Part shown: positions 58,672 through 64,000 of the stretch, one piece after another
Layout of the letters: each line of letters begins with the position of its first letter
Position numbering within the stretch: the stretch's first letter is position 1
Source: Polyangiaceae bacterium
GTDB taxonomy: Bacteria > Myxococcota_A > Polyangia > Polyangiales > Polyangiaceae
Direction of reading: 5' to 3'
DNA: 64,000 bases
NCBI GenBank assembly: GCA_044376115.1
Contig: JBILLK010000029.1
Coordinates: 32,001 to 96,000, forward strand
The notes under the pieces: generated by a model
What the model was told of the DNA's origin: nothing
The model's database searches: none
What the model saw: the letters and a program-made list of their open reading frames with translations, nothing else
Position numbers and translations under genes: made by a program

Positions 58672-59052
58672 ATGGCCGCTCTCCTGCCGCTTCCCCGAGT
58701 GCTCGTCCCTCACCCGCACGTGCGAGTCGACGACGCGATCCTGGCCGGCAGTCCGCATGTCGTGGGCTCGAAGGTCCCCGTCCGCCGACTCTGGGCCTGG
58801 CATCGCAGTGGCATCACGGTGGAAACGCTGGTGCGCCGCTACCCGAACCTCGGGCCCGGCAAGATCCTTGATGCGCTCTCCTTCGCCTACGACAACGTCG
58901 ACGTGATCACCGCCGACCTCGATCGCGAGCAGGCCGTGCTCAGCGACCAAACCAAAACGGCAGCACCGGTTCCGACCAACCAACTTGCGTTGCCCTTCTC
59001 CGGCGAACCAGCCAGCCCAACGCCGGCGAAGCCCAAAGCGAAGCGGCGCTGA
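58672..59052 (+). CDS. DUF433 domain protein
   Basis: ILAGSPHVVGSKVPV...YPNL...ILDALSFAY. Confidence 0.85.
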   Translation: MAALLPLPRVLVPHPHVRVDDAILAGSPHVVGSKVPVRRLWAWHRSGITVETLVRRYPNLGPGKILDALSFAYDNVDVITADLDREQAVLSDQTKTAAPVPTNQLALPFSGEPASPTPAKPKAKRR

Positions 59053-59411
59053 GCTGTCCCAGCTCGCACCAGCAAGCCATTCGCACTGTAAGAATTCAGC
59101 CTTACTTGAACGGCCAAACGAGAACTGCGGGCGCCAAACAATGAGCGGCGGCTCGTGAGCCGCTATTGACCGCTAATGCGTCCTTTACAGCGCGCGGCGG
59201 ACCGGACTAAAGAGCGTCGCGCGGGGCCAGTATGAGCCCGTCTTTGCGCTGGGGGTTTTCGGTCGAGCCCCAAGTCGGAGTGGCTCGGGGGTTTTGAGAT
59301 GCCCGCGCCTTCCACGGTGTGGGGCTCTTGAATGCACAGGTACGCAAGACTCTACTTGCGCAAAAGTCACGCGGTTTAGGGCCTCTACGGCCCGCCATTT
59401 TGGAGGTTTTC

Positions 59412-60671
59412 ATGAAGGTCAGTCGCTGGAAGGTCGTTGCTCTCCCCGTCGCTTTGTTCGGCGTTGCTTCTCCCATGCTCGCCAACTGCGATGCTCTCTC
59501 GGGCCTCGCCAAAGACCCGTCCAAGCTCGGTGAACTCGCTGAGGGTTGCCCCGAGTACGACAAGGCCGACTTCTCGGGTATGCAGCTCGACGCCAAGATG
59601 AAGGGTCTGCTCGATGCCTCCGCCAAGTTCGACAAGCTGGCCGTCGAGATGGAGCTCGGCCTGATTGAGTCCTGCGGCGAGCTCGGCAAGGCGCTCGGCA
59701 TGAAGGAAGAGGAGCTCAAGGCTGAGGCCGGTGGTGGCGAAGGCGCCAAGAAGGCCTGTGAAGCTGTGGCCGGCAAGCTGGACGCCTTCATGAAGGCGAA
59801 CCTCGATGCCAAGCTCAGCATCACCATCACGCCCCCCAAGTGCTACGCGTCGATCGACGCGATGACCTCCTGCCTCGCTGACTGCGGGAGCCCGGTGAGC
59901 CCGGGTGAATTCAAGGCCTCCTGTCAGGGCGGCGAGCTCTCCGGTGAGTGCAGCGGCAAGTGCGAAGGCTCCTGCAGCGTGGACGCAGGCGCTGAGTGCA
60001 AAGGCACCTGCGGTGGCTCCTGCTCCGGCAAGTGCGACGTGAAGTTCAGCGGCAAGTGCGGTGGCAAGTGCAACGGTAAGTGCGACGGCAAAGACTCCAA
60101 GGGCGCCAAGTGCGCTGGCACCTGCGATGGCTCCTGCGACGCACAGGCTGAAGGCTCCTGCGGCGGCACCTGCGAAGGCAAGTGCGACGTGAAGTGTGAA
60201 GCCAAGGTCACCGGCGGCTGCTCGGGTCAGTGCACCGGCGGCTGTGACGTGGAGTTCAAGGCCCCGAGCTGCACGGGCGAGTTCAAGCCGCCGAAGGTCA
60301 GCATGGAGTGCCAGTCGCAGTGCGCCGCCAAGGCCGCTGGCAGCCTCAAGTGTGATCCCCCGGGCCTCACCGTTCTCGTGAACGGCAAGTCCTCGGCGGA
60401 GCTCACCACGGTGATCGCCGGTCTCAAGAAGGCCCTCCCGAAGATCGTGGAAATCAACCTCGGCAAGGGCAAGGCCCTGATCAAGGCTGGCGCAGACCTC
60501 GGCACGCAGATCAGCGGCTCGGTTGACGCCATCGGCAAAGCCAGCGCCAAGGCTGCTCTTTGCGCTGGTATCGCCGCCAAGGGCGTCGCCACGGCAGCAG
60601 CCGGCGTGACCCTCTCGGTGGACGTCAGCGTCAAGGTCAGCGGCTCGGCCACTGGCAAGGTTGGCGGCTGA
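59412..60671 (+). CDS. Cys-rich (CxGxC repeat) lipoprotein
   Basis: GGAGG RBS, LANC lipobox, long CxGxC run, strongly biased codons. Confidence 0.9.
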   Translation: MKVSRWKVVALPVALFGVASPMLANCDALSGLAKDPSKLGELAEGCPEYDKADFSGMQLDAKMKGLLDASAKFDKLAVEMELGLIESCGELGKALGMKEEELKAEAGGGEGAKKACEAVAGKLDAFMKANLDAKLSITITPPKCYASIDAMTSCLADCGSPVSPGEFKASCQGGELSGECSGKCEGSCSVDAGAECKGTCGGSCSGKCDVKFSGKCGGKCNGKCDGKDSKGAKCAGTCDGSCDAQAEGSCGGTCEGKCDVKCEAKVTGGCSGQCTGGCDVEFKAPSCTGEFKPPKVSMECQSQCAAKAAGSLKCDPPGLTVLVNGKSSAELTTVIAGLKKALPKIVEINLGKGKALIKAGADLGTQISGSVDAIGKASAKAALCAGIAAKGVATAAAGVTLSVDVSVKVSGSATGKVGG

Positions 60672-60707
60672 GGCTAGCTCACCAGCCTCACACGGTTGGT
60701 TGAAACG

Positions 60708-60748
60708 GAAACGGGCGGTTCCTGAGAGCCGCCCGTTTCGCTTTTGTT
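60708..60748 (+). terminator. Intrinsic terminator
   Basis: GAAACGGGCGG...CCGCCCGTTTC stem followed by GCTTTTGTT. Confidence 0.85.
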
Positions 60749-60754
60749 GGTCAG

Positions 60755-61183
60755 CTACTGAGGCACGACCAGCGGCGCTGTCTGCGGCGCGGCGGCTCCT
60801 TGCGGCGCGCCTTCGGCAGTCCCGTCAACGCCGTCGCAGTTCTGATCGATCCCGTCTCCCAGCGTGTCGGGAGCCGCGGGGAAGCGCTGAGGGTCGTGGT
60901 CCTCACAATCGATCGGCCTGCCGTCCGAAGCGCCACCGCGACAATCCACAGCGCCATCGCGATCCGCGTCTTCACACATCGCCGCCGGTCGCTCGACTGG
61001 CATGGGCATCGCCATTCCGTAGCAGGCCATCAGTGTGACCATCGTCACGCCCGCAGCAGCAGCCTTTGCTACCGATCGGAGCGCCGAGCCCGAGGCTTCA
61101 CGTTTGCCGCAGTGGGGACAAGCAGCCAAACTCTGCGGGACAAAGCCCCCACAACCTTCACACGCTGACAGAACAGCCATCAT
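60755..61183 (-). CDS. Zn-ribbon + putative metal-binding (MopE-like) motif protein
   Basis: GGAGG RBS; CEGC..CPHC; LMACYG; DCEDHD...GDGIDQNCDG. Confidence 0.8.
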   Translation of the reverse strand: MMAVLSACEGCGGFVPQSLAACPHCGKREASGSALRSVAKAAAAGVTMVTLMACYGMAMPMPVERPAAMCEDADRDGAVDCRGGASDGRPIDCEDHDPQRFPAAPDTLGDGIDQNCDGVDGTAEGAPQGAAAPQTAPLVVPQ

Positions 61184-61288
61184 TCCTCCGAATGCTCCAA
61201 CGGACGGGAGCGCTCGCAGCTTACGCGCCCAAGCGACGACTCTGCACCTCTCGCTGCGGCGAACTCGGCCTCATGCCTCAATCAGGCG

Positions 61289-62194
61289 CTAGATCCCCGC
61301 CTGCTCGCCCCCGGCACCAACCACCGCGAAGGACATCGTCGCGGTGGAGCGAGCCCAAGCGAAGCGACCCTGCGGCGTAACCAGAATCAGCCCTGAAGCG
61401 CCCTGCAGCCGCTCTTGCAGCCTCGTTACAGCGAGACGGGCGGCCTGCTCGGCCGACTCGCCGGCTCGCAGGTAGCTGGCCGCCAATTGCGAGAGCCCGA
61501 GCTTCAAGATCGCCTCGCCATCCCCGGTGCAGCTGACCGCGCAGGACGAATCGTCCGCGAGCGTGCCAGCCCCAATGATCGGGGAATCGCCCAAGCGCCC
61601 CACGCGCTTGCCCAACGTACCGCCGGTGCTGGTGCCCGCGGCGAGCTGCCCTGCAGCGTCTACCGCTACCGCGCCCACGGTTCCACCAGCCCAGCCGCCA
61701 CTCCCGCCGTCGGCGCGGAACTTCGCCAAGGCGGCCCGTGCTTCCTCGGTCACCAGCGCCTCAGGCTCCACCTCGGCGAAACCGCGCTCGAGCGCGAAGG
61801 CACGCGCCCCCGGCCCAACGTAGAGCACGTGCCGACCTTCCTCGAGCACGGCGCGCGCAACCTCGATCGGGTTGCGAAAGCTCGCTAGCGCTCCCACCGC
61901 GCCGGCCGCGAGATCGGACCCGCGCATCAGGGAAGCGTCATGCGAGACCTGCCCCTCGGCGTTGAGAGCCGCTCCGGTACCGGCGTTGAACTGCGGCAAG
62001 TCCTCGAGCACCTTCACTGCGGCTTGCACTGCATCGAGCGCCGAGCCGCCTTCTCTGAGCCGCTGATAGCCGGCCCGCGCCGCTGCGCGACAGCCCTCCA
62101 CATGCAACTCGCGCCGCTCGCTGGGGACGTTGCCGGCTCCACCGTGAACCAGCACCAACGGAAGCAAAAGCCCGCCACCCGACTCTACGCTCAT
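61289..62194 (-). CDS. iaaA: Isoaspartyl peptidase / L-asparaginase (Ntn hydrolase)
   Basis: HGGAG, FNAG, GTVGAVA nucleophile Thr, TSTGG, GRLGDSP, TGDGE. Confidence 0.92.
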   Translation of the reverse strand: MSVESGGGLLLPLVLVHGGAGNVPSERRELHVEGCRAAARAGYQRLREGGSALDAVQAAVKVLEDLPQFNAGTGAALNAEGQVSHDASLMRGSDLAAGAVGALASFRNPIEVARAVLEEGRHVLYVGPGARAFALERGFAEVEPEALVTEEARAALAKFRADGGSGGWAGGTVGAVAVDAAGQLAAGTSTGGTLGKRVGRLGDSPIIGAGTLADDSSCAVSCTGDGEAILKLGLSQLAASYLRAGESAEQAARLAVTRLQERLQGASGLILVTPQGRFAWARSTATMSFAVVGAGGEQAGI

Positions 62195-62264
62195 GGTGGC
62201 TGAGCATAGGTGAATCGCAGCTGAAAACTGGATCAACCTTGCCTCTTCTGTCTAAACCGGGACG

Positions 62265-62864
62265 ATGAAACGAGCTGTGTTCGCCACTGCGCTGTTGGGG
62301 CTTCTGCCGGGGTGCCTTTCGCTTGGCATCCCTTCTGAATCCAGCGGCACTGAAGAAGAGGAGTCCGTGCCGGAGGCAGACCTCGTCGCGATCGGTACCT
62401 ACGAGGTCGACGCCGAGCGCGTTGCCAGCGACTGCGGTGAAGGCACGATCGTACTAGCGCCCTCCTGGACCTTCGAGACCACGCTGAGTGAGGACGAAGA
62501 GGGCGAGCAGATCTTCTGGGACACCGGCAGCGGGCCCAAGCCGGGCGAGCTACGCAGCGACAAGCTCTCCTTCTCCTTTGACGCGACCATCGTAAGCGAC
62601 CTGCGCAGCCCGGCGACTGACGACGACTGGCTACCACCTTGCCGAATTCGCCGCGTTGATTCGCTGGACGGAGCCTTCGATGAGGACGACGCTGAGCGCA
62701 GCAAGTGGAAGGGCAGCATGAGCTTTCACTTCGAAGCGACCGAGGGCTCCGACTGCTCCGACATGATCGGCCAGCCAGGCTTTTACGGTCAGCAGGTCAT
62801 CCTCGGTAAGCTGCCTTGTGACGTCCGCTACGAGGTCAACGCGTTTGGCGTCAGCGAGGAATGA
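62265..62864 (+). CDS. Hypothetical lipoprotein
   Basis: LPGC lipobox; acidic beta-rich body with four further Cys. Confidence 0.8.
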   Translation: MKRAVFATALLGLLPGCLSLGIPSESSGTEEEESVPEADLVAIGTYEVDAERVASDCGEGTIVLAPSWTFETTLSEDEEGEQIFWDTGSGPKPGELRSDKLSFSFDATIVSDLRSPATDDDWLPPCRIRRVDSLDGAFDEDDAERSKWKGSMSFHFEATEGSDCSDMIGQPGFYGQQVILGKLPCDVRYEVNAFGVSEE

Positions 62865-62870
62865 ACCTGC

Positions 62871-62906
62871 AAAAGAAAAGGGCGCTCCAGCCTTTGCCAG
62901 AGCGCC
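62871..62906 (-). terminator. Intrinsic terminator, minus-strand orientation
   Basis: Minus strand: GGCGCTCTGGC-AAAG-GCTGGAGCGCC then CTTTTCTTTT. Confidence 0.8.
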
Positions 62907-62947
62907 TCGGCCCACGTGGGGGCTCGGTCAGAAGACGGATAGCTCAG

Positions 62948-62992
62948 CTAGGCTGAGCGTCCCTCCACGTGAAGACCGTTGAGATTGTGCAT
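62948..62992 (-). CDS. Candidate 14-aa peptide MHNLNGLHVEGRSA
   Basis: GGAGG Shine-Dalgarno 8 nt before ATG; stop codon sits in a hairpin. Confidence 0.3.
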   Translation of the reverse strand: MHNLNGLHVEGRSA

Positions 62993-63192
62993 GTTCTTTC
63001 CCTCCTCCGGCTGGGCCGGCACCCCAAGCGTTTCCGACGTCACCGTTGGCGCGCGTCAGGGGTGTTTCACGTTGTTGTCGACCTTGTGAGCAAGGTAGAC
63101 GCCTTCATCTGCGGTGCCAGGGTGCTCCCCAGCGAGACCATCCTCGGAATGTCCAGCCGCAGACCTTCCGCCAGTGGCGGAGTTGCAGCGAG

Positions 63193-63220
63193 AGCGTAGC
63201 ACCCGAAGTCAGGCCGTCCA
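63193..63220 (-). promoter_or_regulatory. Sigma70-like promoter for the candidate RNA
   Basis: TGGACG-N16-TACGCT with an extended -10 TG. Confidence 0.45.
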
Positions 63221-63319
63221 CTTCGAGGGGTTCTTTGGTAAGGTGCGCGCGCGGTGCCTACAATACCCCTCAATACCCTCCTTCCTTGGCTACTTGGGCT
63301 CGTCGGTTCGCTCACAGTG

Positions 63320-64000
63320 ATGGGCGTGGTGCGCAAGCGCCTGCTTGGTCAACAACGAGCCATCGCGTCCTGGCTGCTCGCCTTCGTCGCCGTCTTCTGT
63401 TTCGGCATGCTCGCCGGGAAGATGGGCGTGGCCCTGCCTCAGGTCGCCTCCGATTCAGCACATGTGCGCGGGCTCGACGTGGTCAAAGCCGGCCTGGCCG
63501 TCTTGGCGATGAGCCTCATCTTCTTCGAAATGAAGCGCGCCGGGGAGAAGCGCTTCGTGGCCGAGAAGTGGAAGCGTTTCATCGGCGTGACGATGGGCGT
63601 CGCAGGCATCGTCCTCTACTTCAACAGCTTCAAGTTCGGCTATCCCAAGTACTTCCACCGCTGGGACCAGTATCACTATTACATGGGGGCCAAGTACTTC
63701 CCCGAGATCGGCTACGACGGTCTCTACAAGTGCTCCACCATCGCCCAAGACGACATCGGCCGAGTCTCGGTGGACGTGGAAGGCAACGGCAAGTTCCGCA
63801 GCTTCGATCTGCGCGCCGAGGTGCGTAAGAGCGACAAGAAGATCCGCAACCTGGGCGGAGACAACTTGCTGATCAAGGTGGATGACCTCTTGGCCAACCC
63901 CTCCATCTGCAAGGACCGTTTCTCCCCCGAGCGCTGGGAAGAGTACAAGAAGGACGTCACCTTCTTCTCCACCCAGTGTTACGTGGATAGCTACTGGACG
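63320..64000 (+). CDS. Membrane protein, probable GT-C type glycosyltransferase; 3'-truncated
   Basis: Open frame from ATG 63320 to window end, absent from the ORF track; TM helices, HRWDQYHYYMGAKYFPEIGYDGLY. Confidence 0.7.
   Translation, partial: MGVVRKRLLGQQRAIASWLLAFVAVFCFGMLAGKMGVALPQVASDSAHVRGLDVVKAGLAVLAMSLIFFEMKRAGEKRFVAEKWKRFIGVTMGVAGIVLYFNSFKFGYPKYFHRWDQYHYYMGAKYFPEIGYDGLYKCSTIAQDDIGRVSVDVEGNGKFRSFDLRAEVRKSDKKIRNLGGDNLLIKVDDLLANPSICKDRFSPERWEEYKKDVTFFSTQCYVDSYWT

Larger units (their letters stand above)
62871..63186 (-). ncRNA. Candidate structured small RNA / sORF transcript, unidentified
   Basis: Upstream promoter-like motif, at least six stems, downstream terminator, no long credible ORF. 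Confidence 0.5.

Noticed and set aside
59900..60300. Repeated ggcaagtgc/ggctcctgc DNA motifs as a non-coding array
   Set aside because: Fully explained by CxGxC codons.
63165..63185. Minus-strand GCCACTG...GGAAGG resembling a cobalamin riboswitch B12 box
   Set aside because: Upstream AGGGAA/CCCCCGC and downstream AGCCAG-AGACC elements are absent; the bases form a simple local hairpin.
62871..63186. tmRNA, RNase P, SRP or 6S identity for the structured region
   Set aside because: No tRNA-like ends or tag ending in AA, no GAGGAAAGUCC, no SRP loop motif, and not a single long rod.

Overview
GC-rich, gene-dense bacterial chromosome segment with strong myxobacterial (Polyangiaceae/Sorangium-like) character. 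It holds many Gly/Cys-rich lipoproteins, a MYXO-CTERM trypsin, four eukaryote-like Ser/Thr kinases, TPR/PEGA and FG-GAP proteins, an ECF sigma factor and a sigma54 activator. The taxonomy is inferred from gene style only. I see no rRNA, tRNA, CRISPR array, transposase or integrase. Main points: (1) a tight three-gene putative sterol-modification operon (Rieske oxygenase fused to SCP2, sterol-desaturase-family enzyme, CruF-like membrane protein), whose SCP2 domain carries an apparent 96-bp in-frame palindromic insertion; (2) an unannotated ~315-nt structured minus-strand transcription unit at 62.87-63.19 kb with promoter, 14-aa sORF and terminator; (3) back-to-back sigma54 promoters sharing a pair of palindromic enhancer sites, driving two Cys-rich secreted proteins next to a kinase/activator module; (4) a presenilin/SPP-like GxGD+PAL protease candidate coupled to mltG; (5) a window-wide leaderless-mRNA signature; (6) several decayed gene remnants. 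All family calls come from motif recognition by eye, not database searches.
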